64,000 nucleotides of DNA from Synechococcus sp. M44_DOE_062 (GTDB lineage Bacteria; Cyanobacteriota; Cyanobacteriia; Thermostichales; Thermostichaceae), in NCBI GenBank assembly GCA_015295985.1, contig DVDX01000032.1, positions 44,740 through 108,739 of the forward strand, given 5' to 3'. The notes under the pieces were generated by a model that was not told where the DNA came from, did not search any database, and saw only the letters and a list, made by a program, of their open reading frames with translations. This document shows, in pieces, positions 40,852-50,582 of this stretch (position 1 is its first letter; each line of letters opens with the position of its first letter). Made by a program: the position numbers and the translations under genes.

Positions 40852-42828
40852 ATGAACCAGCGCCTGATTGGACAACTGATTGGCAACCGCTACCGGCTGA
40901 CCTACCACATCAGCGAAGGTGGCTACGGCAATGTGTTCAAGGCGGTGGATACCCAGCTCAATGACGAGGTGGTGGCCGTCAAGTTGCTGCGCCCGCCGCC
41001 ACCGGACATGGGCCCAGAGTACTACCAGCAACTGCAGCAACGCTTCATGGATGAGGCCAGGGTCAGCGCTCTATTGGGCGAGCACCCCAACATCGTGCAG
41101 GTGCGCTCTTACGGCCTGTACCAAAACCAGCCCTACCTGGTGATGGAGTACCTGAACGCCAAACCCTACAGCGGCCAGGGGTTGGACTATGTGCTGGCTC
41201 GGGAAGGACCCTTGCCCCCAGAGCGGGTGGTGAACTTAGCTCTGCAGATTTGCTCTGCCCTGCACCACGCCCACAACTTTCAGATGGATCTGGGCAAGCA
41301 CTCCATTCGCGGCGTCATCCACCGCGACATCAAGCCCAGCAACATCTTTGTGCAGAAATGGCCCGATGGGAAAGAGCGGGTCAAGATCCTAGACTTTGGC
41401 ATTTCCAAGCTCATGGGAGAGATCTCTCGTGACCTGACGCAAACGGGCTATTTTTTGGGCACGATGGTCTATGCCTCGCCGGAGCAAATGCGCGGAGAAA
41501 AGCTGGATGGCCGCTCCGACATCTATTCGCTGGGGGTGGTGCTGTACGAGCTGTTAACCGGTGCGTTGCCCTTTGAGCCGGATACCGATACCTTGCAGGG
41601 CTGGTACCACGTCCACAACTTTCAAAAACCCCGCCCTTTCCAAGACCGCAAGCTAGCCCACCCCATCCCCGCTGCCCTGGAGAAGGTTGTCCTCCAGTGC
41701 CTGGAGAAAGACCCTGCCCTCCGCCCGGCCAACATGGAAGTGCTCGGCCAGCAGCTACAGGCTGTCTATGGAAACAAGATCGCCCCTCCTGCCCCGTTCG
41801 TTCCCTCAAGTTCATCTCATGCATCTCCAGGTGTTCGTCCCCAGCAGATCCCGACTGGATTTGGCCAGCCGACTTTCCAACAGCCGATGGGTGGAGCCGC
41901 TTCAGATGGGGAGGAAAAGCTACAGGAGGCGGTCAGTCTGATCGAGGCAGGTGAGTACAAGATGGCCGTCCATCTGCTCAACGAGCTGATCCAGAGCGCC
42001 CCCAACGAAGCCCGCTACTATCTCTACCGCGGTCTAGCCCACCAACGGCAGGGGCATTGGGGCCTTGCCCAGATGGACTACCAAGGGGTGCTGCGGCTGG
42101 AACCGGGTAACCCTTCAGCAGAACAGGGACTGCGCGAGGTAGAGCAGAAAGTTAGGCAGGAACATGTCAACAGTAAGTCTGGTTCTCATCTGTTGTTGAA
42201 TGTGTTGAACACGCCACGCCTGAGCAAAGGGTTGGCGTTGGGCTGGCTCTTGGCCAATTGGGGGGCGGCTGGGATCGGCTACCTGGGGCTGGGGGCATTG
42301 GCTCCTCTGCTGGCGGCTTTGGGATCATTGCAGGGGGCGGTGGCTGGGGCTGGCCTTGGCTTGCTGATGGGGCTGCTGCAGTGGGCGGTGTTGCGGCGGC
42401 AGGTTTCTGGGGGATGGGTGGCTGCAACTCTGCTGGCCACGGCTTTGGGTTGGGTGGCGGCGGATTTCCTCGCTCTCCAGGTGGGGGTGGCAACCTCTGC
42501 CTTTAACCCGACGGATCCCTGGCTCCAGAACGCCTTGCGGGCCATGGGGGATGCGCTGCGCGGTTTGCTGGTGGGGGTTGGCGTCGGTGGGCTGCAGTGG
42601 GCCTTGTTGTCTCAGCGCTGGAAAGGTAGCCGGGCTTGGATCTTGGCAGCAGTTGCAGAAGGGGTGGGATCGGCTCTGTTGATGGGTTGGCTGCTGGCCA
42701 ATACTGCCTTGAACAGTTGGCTGCTGCTGATCGTGGGGCTACTGGCCAACACGCGCCCCCTCAGCGCAACGGTGCTTTTGAATTTGCGCCGGATCCCTGC
42801 TGTTCAAAGTCAACAGCAAGCCTCTTAG
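40852..42828 (+). CDS. Ser/Thr protein kinase with a TPR module and multi-TM C-terminus
   Basis: GGYGNVF, VAVK, HRDIKPSN, DFG, YASPE; TPR about 41900-42150; hydrophobic repeats at the end. Confidence 0.92.
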   Translation: MNQRLIGQLIGNRYRLTYHISEGGYGNVFKAVDTQLNDEVVAVKLLRPPPPDMGPEYYQQLQQRFMDEARVSALLGEHPNIVQVRSYGLYQNQPYLVMEYLNAKPYSGQGLDYVLAREGPLPPERVVNLALQICSALHHAHNFQMDLGKHSIRGVIHRDIKPSNIFVQKWPDGKERVKILDFGISKLMGEISRDLTQTGYFLGTMVYASPEQMRGEKLDGRSDIYSLGVVLYELLTGALPFEPDTDTLQGWYHVHNFQKPRPFQDRKLAHPIPAALEKVVLQCLEKDPALRPANMEVLGQQLQAVYGNKIAPPAPFVPSSSSHASPGVRPQQIPTGFGQPTFQQPMGGAASDGEEKLQEAVSLIEAGEYKMAVHLLNELIQSAPNEARYYLYRGLAHQRQGHWGLAQMDYQGVLRLEPGNPSAEQGLREVEQKVRQEHVNSKSGSHLLLNVLNTPRLSKGLALGWLLANWGAAGIGYLGLGALAPLLAALGSLQGAVAGAGLGLLMGLLQWAVLRRQVSGGWVAATLLATALGWVAADFLALQVGVATSAFNPTDPWLQNALRAMGDALRGLLVGVGVGGLQWALLSQRWKGSRAWILAAVAEGVGSALLMGWLLANTALNSWLLLIVGLLANTRPLSATVLLNLRRIPAVQSQQQAS

Positions 42829-42971
42829 CCCACAGGGATCCCATTCCGAAAAACAACTTCAGTTCGACAGTCCTTTTGACTCTCTCTCGGAAAGAGGGGA
42901 GCCAGGAATCGAAATAGGTCATTTTGGGATCCCGTAAAGCAATGGCAATTCAACTGCAACATTCACGCAAC

Positions 42972-42999
42972 AAAAAGGCCCCCTTTCGAGGGCTTTTTT
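42972..42999. terminator. Intrinsic terminator-like hairpin (possibly bidirectional)
   Basis: AAAAAGGCCCCCT-TTCG-AGGGCTTTTTT. Confidence 0.65.
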
Positions 43000-43274
43000 G
43001 AGGATACTGTTGCGCCGTTTTACCGTGGTTTTCGACCTGGAAAATCCAGTATAGGATACCGGGGATGATTTTGATAGTTTCCAAATCTAAGTTTGGCTTA
43101 CTGCTCTCACATCCACTTCCCATCCTAATTGTCGAAGGGTATAGATCGCAAAAACATAACGGCAGTCACCAACGCCGCAGAATCCTCTCCCAATCATACC
43201 CCATTTTTGGGGTGTGCCCGTCAAGTGCTTATAAGGGCTAGGATGATAAAAGACAGCTTGACTTGTTGCTGGCC

Positions 43275-43799
43275 ATGCTCGGTTCCTGGTTAGACAACAT
43301 CTACGGCGCCTGGTTTCTGCCGGAGCGCACTTTCCGGGCATTGCGGGAACAGCCTGTTCTCTGGCAAGCCTTTGGGGTGGTAGGGCTGCTCAATATCCTG
43401 GAGGCCATTCGTCGCTCTGGGGCAAGCCTGCCGAACATGGTGCTGGCGGTACTGATGGGATCCCTGGGCTGGGTGAGTTTGGCGGCTTTGCTGCAGTTGC
43501 TGGCTTTCTGTTTGGGTCGGGCTGCCCCTTCCTTTTCGGTGCTGCTCTGCCTGACAGGGTTTGCCGGTTTGCCGTGGCTGCTGCTGGGGCCTGCTCAGTC
43601 GTTGGGCGGAGTGCCGGGATCCCTGCTGGGCCTTGCAGCGCTGCTGTGGTTTGTGGTTTGGCAGGTGCGAGCGGTGGCTGTAGCGCTGGATTTGGAGTGG
43701 TGGCGCCTAGTGGGCCTGATCCCATTGGCTTTCCTAGGGGGGATCCTGTCCCTGAGCTGGCTGACCAGCGGCGTCGTTGCTTTGGCTTCCTTAGGCTAG
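43275..43799 (+). CDS. Yip1-family membrane protein
   Basis: DNIYGAWFLPERTF, TGFAGLPWLLLGP, multiple TM helices. Confidence 0.85.
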   Translation: MLGSWLDNIYGAWFLPERTFRALREQPVLWQAFGVVGLLNILEAIRRSGASLPNMVLAVLMGSLGWVSLAALLQLLAFCLGRAAPSFSVLLCLTGFAGLPWLLLGPAQSLGGVPGSLLGLAALLWFVVWQVRAVAVALDLEWWRLVGLIPLAFLGGILSLSWLTSGVVALASLG

Positions 43800-43803
43800 T
43801 TTG

Positions 43804-43909
43804 CAGTCGTTTCAGTTTCAAGTTAGGGTGAGACCTCTGGGCTGCCGAGAAAGGGGTTCCGGCTGTTTTGGGTGTGGGTGCAGTGTCCTAGTTGGAGTTG
43901 AAATGATCA
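43804..43909 (-). mobile_element. MITE-like repeat copy C
   Basis: CAGTCGTTTCAG...TTAGGGTGAGACC...CAGTGTCCTAGTTGGAGTTGAAATGATCA|TA; starts 5 nt after the Yip1 stop. Confidence 0.75.
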
Positions 43910-43967
43910 TATCATAATCATAATTCCCATTGGATCTTGGGGTGTGGCCAGGGATGCTTCCCTGAGA

Positions 43968-44195
43968 TTAGCGGGGCACTCGCTGCAGATGCGGCTTTTC
44001 CTCCGGCAGAATAGCGCCTTCTACAGGGCAAACCTGTAAACAGATGCCACAGTCGATGCAGGTGGAAAACTCGATCCAAAAGTAGTCCGTGCCTTTGGCG
44101 TTTTTGGTATCGCCGGGGTGGATGCAGGCAACGGGGCAAGCCTCTACACAGTCGGCCACGCCTTCACAGATATCGGTAACGATTGTATGCGGCAT
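43968..44195 (-). CDS. Bacterial-type dicluster ferredoxin (7Fe/8Fe)
   Basis: CEGVADCVEACP and CIDCGICLQVCP. Confidence 0.93.
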   Translation of the reverse strand: MPHTIVTDICEGVADCVEACPVACIHPGDTKNAKGTDYFWIEFSTCIDCGICLQVCPVEGAILPEEKPHLQRVPR

Positions 44196-44477
44196 GGATC
44201 CCTCCCAATGATTGCTCTAAGTCAAATCCTAAGTGCAGTTGCCACAAGGTCAACCTTTACGTCGCCTGCGCTTCCGATGCTGTTGACTTTTTGATTAGAA
44301 TGCGCGATATTTGCCCGAAGCTGCCTGAAAAAGATGGGACTTATATCTCAGTTCTAGGGTTCATTTTAGGCCAAAATTGCTCCCCAACGAAGAATTTTCC
44401 GGATTGTCGCTTTTTCTGACTTTGTCTGGGGCCTCTCAGCGCAGCGCCAACATGATGATTTGCCACAAAATCAAAGG

Positions 44478-45122
44478 CTAAATTTCTCTGGGATCCCGCT
44501 CTTGAGATTGCCACCAACGGCTGAGGGGCCAATACAGAGCAGGTGCCCAGAGGCTACTTAAAATAGCAGAGGTGAGGGCATTGCGTTGATGGTTCCACCA
44601 GATACTCTCCAGAGAACGTGGGCCATCGCCGCCGATGCTGCCGAAAGACTGAAGGGAGTTCCCCAATCCATCCAGCAAACTCTGCATTCCCGCTGGATCC
44701 AGACCCTCGGATCCCTGCAAGGCGGCAAGCCACATCCATTGCAGCGCCATCAGGGTTTCGGCGATCACCACCATACCAAAAACAATCAAGGCCACCGAGA
44801 TGAAGTCTTCCTGCATGTAGCGTTGTTTTTGCAACTTGGCGGTGAGGATCCCAACTACGGCCAGCCCCAGCGCATGGGTAGGACAAGGGCTGGTCAGCGC
44901 ATCTTGCAGAAAACCCAGGGTGACCCCGGCAACAGCTCCCTGCCAAGCTTTGCGCCGCACACTCCAGCACACCACCCAGATCAAGGGCCAATCTGGGGTT
45001 AAGCCTGCCAGCTCCAAGCCCGGCCCGCGCCACCAAGGGGCCACTGCTGCCAGCAATCCTGATAGGGCAGTCACCACCCAGTTGAGGTGAGACTTGAGCT
45101 TAAGAATCAGAGGGTTGAGCAT
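44478..45122 (-). CDS. mreD: Rod shape-determining protein MreD
   Basis: PDWPLIWVVCWS, G.LQDAL, WAPALYWPL; follows mreC. Confidence 0.9.
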   Translation of the reverse strand: MLNPLILKLKSHLNWVVTALSGLLAAVAPWWRGPGLELAGLTPDWPLIWVVCWSVRRKAWQGAVAGVTLGFLQDALTSPCPTHALGLAVVGILTAKLQKQRYMQEDFISVALIVFGMVVIAETLMALQWMWLAALQGSEGLDPAGMQSLLDGLGNSLQSFGSIGGDGPRSLESIWWNHQRNALTSAILSSLWAPALYWPLSRWWQSQERDPREI

Positions 45123-45852
45123 AGCGGTAGATCAAGGCCCACTCCAAGAGGCCCAGCGGCGCCGACAGTTCGACAGTGGCTTGGGGGGCAGGGCTGGCAT
45201 CCAAGTTGACCGCTCGAACCGTTCCCACCACCACCCCGGCTGGGTAAAAGCTGCTCAGGCCCGAGGTCACCACCACATCCCCCACCTCTACTTTGGGAGC
45301 CTTGTCGAAAAAATCCACAATGGCGCTCTGGGTGCCCGTACCCCTCAGGATGCCCATGTGTCGGCTGCGACTCAACATCACCCCAACACGGCTGGTGGGA
45401 TCGCTAATTAGGAGCACTCGGCTGGTGTTGGGCGTAACCGACTCAACTCGCCCGATCAACCCCCCCGGTGCCATGACCACATCTCCCACCCTGACTCCAT
45501 GCCGGCTGCCGCGGCTGAGGGTGAGCTGTTGCCACCAGTGATCGGCGCTGCGACCCACCACTGCTGCTGGGATCCCCGCTTGGGGCATTTGCTCGGTAAA
45601 TTGCAGCAGTCGCTTCAGCTCGCGGTTTTGGTACTGCAACTCGGCTACCAGGGCTTGCAGCTCACGGTTAGCGGCCTGGCTGAGCACCGCGGCGGGATCC
45701 ACAGGTGGACGGGCCGGGGCAGTGATCCAACTGTACAGCTCCACCAACAGGGATCCCTGGGTTTGGCGCAAGCCCAATGCTGCCCCCATCGCCAAAGCAG
45801 ACAGGAGTAACCCCAAGCTGTAGCGCCTCCACCATTGGCGTAGCCGATTCAA
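45100..45852 (-). CDS. mreC: Rod shape-determining protein MreC
   Basis: AAVVGRSADHWWQQL, GLIGRV, SRVLLISD, VVTSG. Confidence 0.92.
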   Translation of the reverse strand: MNRLRQWWRRYSLGLLLSALAMGAALGLRQTQGSLLVELYSWITAPARPPVDPAAVLSQAANRELQALVAELQYQNRELKRLLQFTEQMPQAGIPAAVVGRSADHWWQQLTLSRGSRHGVRVGDVVMAPGGLIGRVESVTPNTSRVLLISDPTSRVGVMLSRSRHMGILRGTGTQSAIVDFFDKAPKVEVGDVVVTSGLSSFYPAGVVVGTVRAVNLDASPAPQATVELSAPLGLLEWALIYRYAQPSDS

Positions 45853-45919
45853 GCAATACCTCTCCGACCCACTCGACTCACACCTTAAATCAGGAAATCA
45901 GGGAGAGGAAGAAGCGCCT

Positions 45920-46948
45920 CTAGCCCTTGAAGCTGCCGCTCAACACTCGGCCCAAGGTTTTGAAATCCTCCAGAACTCGTCCTGTACCGAGCACCACACA
46001 ACTGAGAGGATCCGGAGCAATGTGAACCAAGATCCCGGTTTCATGGCTGATCAGGGCATCCAGACCCTTGAGCAAGGCTCCTCCGCCGGCCAACATGATG
46101 CCGCGGTCGATGATGTCGGCAGCCAATTCCGGTGGAGTGCGCTCCAGGGTGCGCTTAATGGCCTCCACAATCACCGAGAGGGGCTCGGCCATGCTCTCGC
46201 GAATTTCGGTGCTTTTCACCGTGACGGTACGGGGCAAACCCGAGAGCAGGTGTAACCCGCGCACCTCCATGGTCAGTTCCTCCTGCATCGGGTAGGCGGA
46301 GCCGATCTGAATCTTGATCTCTTCGGCGGTACGCTCCCCGATGGTGAGGTTATGAACTTTTTTCATGTACTGGGCGATGGCCTCGCTCAGCTCATCTCCC
46401 GCTACCCGCACCGACTCGCTCAGCACGATCCCCTGCAAACTGAGGACGGCCACCTCGGTGGTGCCGCCGCCGATGTCGATGATCATGTTCCCGGTGGGCT
46501 CTTGCACCGGCAGCCCAGCCCCGATGGCTGCTGCCACGGGCTCATCCACCAAATACACCTCCCGCGACCCGGCTTGGAGAGCGGCTTCCATTACAGCCCG
46601 CCGCTCCACCCCAGTCACACCGCTGGGGATGCCAATGACAATGCGCGGAGCAATCAGGTACCGGCCCTCGTGTACGCGGTGGATGAAGTGTTTTAGCATC
46701 ATCTCCGCCGTGTCAAAGTCGGCAATCACCCCATCTCGCAGAGGACGCACCGCCACGATGTTGCCTGGGGTACGGCCCAACATTTTTTTGGCGTCTTCCC
46801 CCACAGCCAGGGGTTGCTTGGTGTTTTGGTCGATGGCGACCACAGAGGGCTCTTGCAGGACAATGCCTCGCCCGGCCACATAGACCAGCGTGTTGGCAGT
46901 GCCCAAATCAATGCCCATGTCACGGGAAAATCGGCTGAAGAACCCCAC
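45920..46948 (-). CDS. mreB: Rod shape-determining protein MreB
   Basis: DMGIDLGTANT, EPSVVA, DIGGGTTEVAV, GGGALL; GTG start with GGAG RBS. Confidence 0.97.
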   Translation of the reverse strand: MGFFSRFSRDMGIDLGTANTLVYVAGRGIVLQEPSVVAIDQNTKQPLAVGEDAKKMLGRTPGNIVAVRPLRDGVIADFDTAEMMLKHFIHRVHEGRYLIAPRIVIGIPSGVTGVERRAVMEAALQAGSREVYLVDEPVAAAIGAGLPVQEPTGNMIIDIGGGTTEVAVLSLQGIVLSESVRVAGDELSEAIAQYMKKVHNLTIGERTAEEIKIQIGSAYPMQEELTMEVRGLHLLSGLPRTVTVKSTEIRESMAEPLSVIVEAIKRTLERTPPELAADIIDRGIMLAGGGALLKGLDALISHETGILVHIAPDPLSCVVLGTGRVLEDFKTLGRVLSGSFKG

Positions 46949-47070
46949 GGTAATTTGCTCCAGTCTTGACTTGGGAAGAAGCAGCAAGCTTTGGTACCTA
47001 CTATAGTCTAGTTCTGCAAGAGAATCTCCCCCGGCGATCGGGGATCTGCTCCAGAGAACCGGCTGTAGCT

Positions 47071-47112
47071 GTATCCCAGCCAACTGTAGAAGATTGAATT
47101 CCCCGCTAAGGT
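47071..47112 (+). promoter_or_regulatory. Putative NtcA-activated (class II) promoter of rutC-rutB
   Basis: GTA-TCCCAGCC-AAC (47071-47084), exactly 22 nt, then TAAGGT (TAN3T, 47107-47112); ATG at 47141. Confidence 0.5.
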
Positions 47113-47140
47113 GCAATCCTGTTGTGATTCGGGATCCCAT

Positions 47141-47521
47141 ATGCCTAAGGTTGCCATTGCTCCAGCCGGATATCCGGCCATTGCCCCCTATTCTCCCGGC
47201 GTGAAGGTGGGCAATACCCTCTACATCTCGGGCACATTGGCCCTAGATCCGGAGGGCAAGACAGTGGGATCCGATATCGCCACCCAAACTCGCGTGGTGT
47301 TAGAGCTGATTAAAAGCGTCGTGACAGAAGCAGGGGGAACGATGGAGGACATCGTCTTCTGCAACGTTTTCTTGACCAACTACGCCAACTATGCCGGCAT
47401 GAATGCTGTATACAAAGAGTACTTCCCAGGGGTACTGCCGGCCCGATTTGTGGTGAAAGCAGACTTGGTGCGCCCTGATCTGCTGGTGGAAATTGCTGCC
47501 GTGGCCCATATTGAGGCTTGA
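47141..47521 (+). CDS. rutC: RidA-family protein, RutC-like (aminoacrylate peracid reductase)
   Basis: MPK...PAG...APYSPG...YISGTLALD...QTRVVLE.I..V..EAGGTM.D...PARF....LV.PD.LVEIA..AHI, collinear with E. coli RutC as recalled. Confidence 0.8.
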   Translation: MPKVAIAPAGYPAIAPYSPGVKVGNTLYISGTLALDPEGKTVGSDIATQTRVVLELIKSVVTEAGGTMEDIVFCNVFLTNYANYAGMNAVYKEYFPGVLPARFVVKADLVRPDLLVEIAAVAHIEA

Positions 47522-47560
47522 GAATTTGAGTCCATTTTGAGTCTATTTTGGAGATTCTCA

Positions 47561-48274
47561 ATGCCGACTCCTGTTGTGATCCCCAGTCGCCCGGATCCGG
47601 TCACCTTTCAGTTGGAAGAAACTGCCTTGATTGTGGTGGACATGCAAAATGCCTACGCCAGCAGGGGTGGGTATGTGGATCTTTTGGGTAGCGATCTTCG
47701 TGAAGCGCCAGCAGTCATTCAGGTCATTGCCCGTGTCTTGGAAGCGGTTCGCCCTTTGCAGATGCCGATCATCTTTACCCAAAATGGCTGGGATCCCCAA
47801 CTTGAGGAGGCAGGTGGCCCCGGCTCCCCCAATTGGTACAAATCCAACGCCCTGAAGTTGATGCGCCAACGACCTGAGTTGTTAGGAAAGTTACTGATTA
47901 AGGGCACTTGGGACTATGACTTTGTTGAGACATTAAGACCTCTCCCTGAAGAGATCGTTCTCCAGAAAACTCGCTACAGTGCTTTTGCCGGAACTCATTT
48001 TGACATGCTGTTGCGGCAGCGGCGGATTCGCAATCTCGTGTTTACGGGCATTGCCACCAATGTCTGTGTGGAATCCACCGTCCGAGAAGCTTTTCACCGC
48101 GAATATTTCTGTTTGCTCCTGTCTGATTCCACCCTGCAGGTGGGACCACCCCTACTCAAAGAGGCCGCCTTAGCCAATATTGAGAAGTTTTTTGGCTGGG
48201 TTTGTAGCAGCGATGAGTTTCTCCAGGCTTTGCAAGCTGCTGTGCCGACACGGGTTGGTGCAAAGACTGCATAG
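47561..48274 (+). CDS. rutB: Ureidoacrylate amidohydrolase RutB (isochorismatase family)
   Basis: ALIVVDMQNAYA, NGWD..L.EAGGPGSPNWYKSNALK.MR, GIATNVCVEST, NIEKFFGWV. Confidence 0.88.
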   Translation: MPTPVVIPSRPDPVTFQLEETALIVVDMQNAYASRGGYVDLLGSDLREAPAVIQVIARVLEAVRPLQMPIIFTQNGWDPQLEEAGGPGSPNWYKSNALKLMRQRPELLGKLLIKGTWDYDFVETLRPLPEEIVLQKTRYSAFAGTHFDMLLRQRRIRNLVFTGIATNVCVESTVREAFHREYFCLLLSDSTLQVGPPLLKEAALANIEKFFGWVCSSDEFLQALQAAVPTRVGAKTA

Positions 48275-48342
48275 GGGGGTTCTTCGACGTGGAGCAACAA
48301 TGAGGAACTAGGATAGAGCAACCCGGTCTTTTGGCGGTTGCG

Positions 48343-48756
48343 ATGCAGATTTCCAGTGCCTTTGTCAGCGTGGCTACCCCAGACTTGCCCCGTCTGCAGC
48401 GCTTCTATCGCGCTCTCTTGGGGATCCCTCCCCAAGTCCAGCTTCCAACAGATGGGGATCCGGTGTACGTGGAGTTTCGTCTGCCGGGGTTGCGGCTGGG
48501 CCTCTATCGCAACCGTCATCTCGATTGTGGTGCTCAAACCGAAGCAGTGAGCCTCTGCCTGCAGGTGCAGGATTTACAGGGATCCCTGACGACACTGGAG
48601 GGGTTAGCGGAAGCCTATCAGCTCTCTATCTCCCCCCTGCGGCAAGCCTTTCACGGACAGGAGGTGGATTTTCGGGATCCCGATGGCAACCGGATTGTGT
48701 TGCACCAGCCTTCTGCTGCTTTTGGGGAAGCGATAGGCTGGGATCCCCAGGGTTAG
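48343..48756 (+). CDS. VOC/glyoxalase-family protein
   Basis: FYRALLG, YVEFRLPGLRLGL, FRDPDGNRIVL. Confidence 0.85.
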   Translation: MQISSAFVSVATPDLPRLQRFYRALLGIPPQVQLPTDGDPVYVEFRLPGLRLGLYRNRHLDCGAQTEAVSLCLQVQDLQGSLTTLEGLAEAYQLSISPLRQAFHGQEVDFRDPDGNRIVLHQPSAAFGEAIGWDPQG

Positions 48757-49349
48757 ATCCGCCAGAGGTAGATGACGTAGGTGTTGATAACATCCGATAC
48801 GGTGGTGGTGGCGGTGGGGGACCAATCTCCCATGTCGAAGGAGTGGGTGACCAGACGAGCGCCGGGCCGAAGCTGGGAGCGCAGCTTGTCTCGAATCAGC
48901 AGGTGGGAGCGGGGCAGCAAATAACAGCTCACCACCGTCGCCGGGGTTAAATCCAGAGTGAGCAGATCCTGCTGGAGAAAGGTGACTCGATCCTGAACTT
49001 GGGCTTCTTGAGCCCGCTGTTGGGCTTCCCGAATGCGCTCTGGGTCGATATCCACCCCCACGCCCTGCGTGCCAAAGCGCTGCGCTGCCCGGATGAGAAT
49101 GCGGCCATCCCCGCAACCTAAGTCGTACAGAGTATCCTTGCTCCCCACCTGGGCCAAATCCAGCATGGCATCCACAACCAAGGGCAAGGTGCGCACATAG
49201 GGGGCTAAGCTGATTCCTCCTGGGCTTTGCCGGTTGGGCTGGCCTTGGAAGAAGGGATCCCTGCCCACCGAGTTCTGCACAGGCTTGGGCTTGAAACCGC
49301 GGGGTAACAAGGATCGATCCCGAGAAGAGCGGTTTTCTCTATTCATCAA
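48753..49349 (-). CDS. Class I SAM-dependent methyltransferase
   Basis: APYVRT, YDLGCGDGRI, GVGVDIDP, RLVTHSFDMGDW. Confidence 0.9.
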   Translation of the reverse strand: MMNRENRSSRDRSLLPRGFKPKPVQNSVGRDPFFQGQPNRQSPGGISLAPYVRTLPLVVDAMLDLAQVGSKDTLYDLGCGDGRILIRAAQRFGTQGVGVDIDPERIREAQQRAQEAQVQDRVTFLQQDLLTLDLTPATVVSCYLLPRSHLLIRDKLRSQLRPGARLVTHSFDMGDWSPTATTTVSDVINTYVIYLWRI

Positions 49350-49822
49350 GTATTCTCATCAATAAATATTCTCATCAAATGTTCCCATCAGTCTATCAAT
49401 CTGTTGTGGTGCAGAGCCCCTGCCGTTCTACCGGCTGGAAAGTTAGCGCCGGTTACCAAAAACCTGGGTTTAAAGCCCCGCCCTTCCAGGACGGCTTTAT
49501 CCATTAGACCTCGTGATAAAATCAGGGCATGATTGTCCGAGAAGCCAAGCTCCTCAACGGCACAGCCCAGCAGTACCAAGCCTTGGACGAGGCTATTCGT
49601 ACTGCCCAGTTCATCCGCAACAAGTGCCTGCGCCACTGGATAGATAACCAGGGGGTGAACAAAGCTACCTTGTACTCCCTCTGCAAGGACTTGGCCAGAG
49701 AGTTTCCCTTCGCCCAGAAGCTCAACTCCTCTGCCCGACAAACCAGCGCGGAAAGAGCTTGGTCTGCCATCTCCACCTTCTACTGCCGCTGCAAGAACAA
49801 GGAAGCCCAGAAAGGCTATCCC

Positions 49823-49846
49823 GTCGCGTTAGCGGTGCGTAGCACT
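49823..49846 (+). repeat. 24-nt small dispersed repeat inserted in frame in tnpB
   Basis: GTCGCGTTAGCGGTGCGTAGCACT splits KGYP|KFQK and adds VALAVRST. Confidence 0.85.
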
Positions 49847-50582
49847 AAGTTCCAGAAGCGGTGTCGCTCCGTGGAGTACAAAGTCTCCGGCTGGAAGCTG
49901 GCAGGGGATGGGAAGTCTATCACCTTCACCGATGGCTTTCAGGCAGGCACCTTTGCTTTGTACTGCAACGGGGAAGCGCGGCGGGACATCCTCACCCTGA
50001 AAATCAACCGGGTGCGGGTGATAAGAAGGGCTGACGGCTACTATGCCCAGTTCTGCCTGGACGTGGAGCGTCGGGAGGAGGTGGAGTACACCGGGCGGGT
50101 GGTAGGGCTGGATGTGGGCTTGATGCACTTCTACACCGACAGCAACGGAAACAAGGTAGAGTGCCCCAAGTTTTTGCGTCGTGCCGAGAGGAGGTTGAAG
50201 CAGCAACAACGCAGATTAAAGATTAAGTCGCAAGTTTCGCAAGGGGGCCAAACCCCAATCCAAGAACTACCACAAGCAGAAGCAACGGCTAGGCAGAGTG
50301 CATCTCAAAGTCCAACGCCAGCGTAGAGACTGGGCTGTGAAGCTGGCCCGGTGCGTAGTGGTGTCTAACGACATCGTGGCGTATGAGGACTTGCCGGTGC
50401 GCAACTTGGTGAGGAATCACCACTTGGCCAAGGCTATCCATGATGCGAGTTGGGGTTTCTTCTCCAGGTGGCTGGACGACTACGGGAAGGTGTTTGGCAA
50501 GGTGGTGGTGGCAGTGCCGCCGCAGTACACCAGCCAAGACTGCTCTGGTTGTGGCTACCGGGTGAAGAAGACGCTGTCCACT

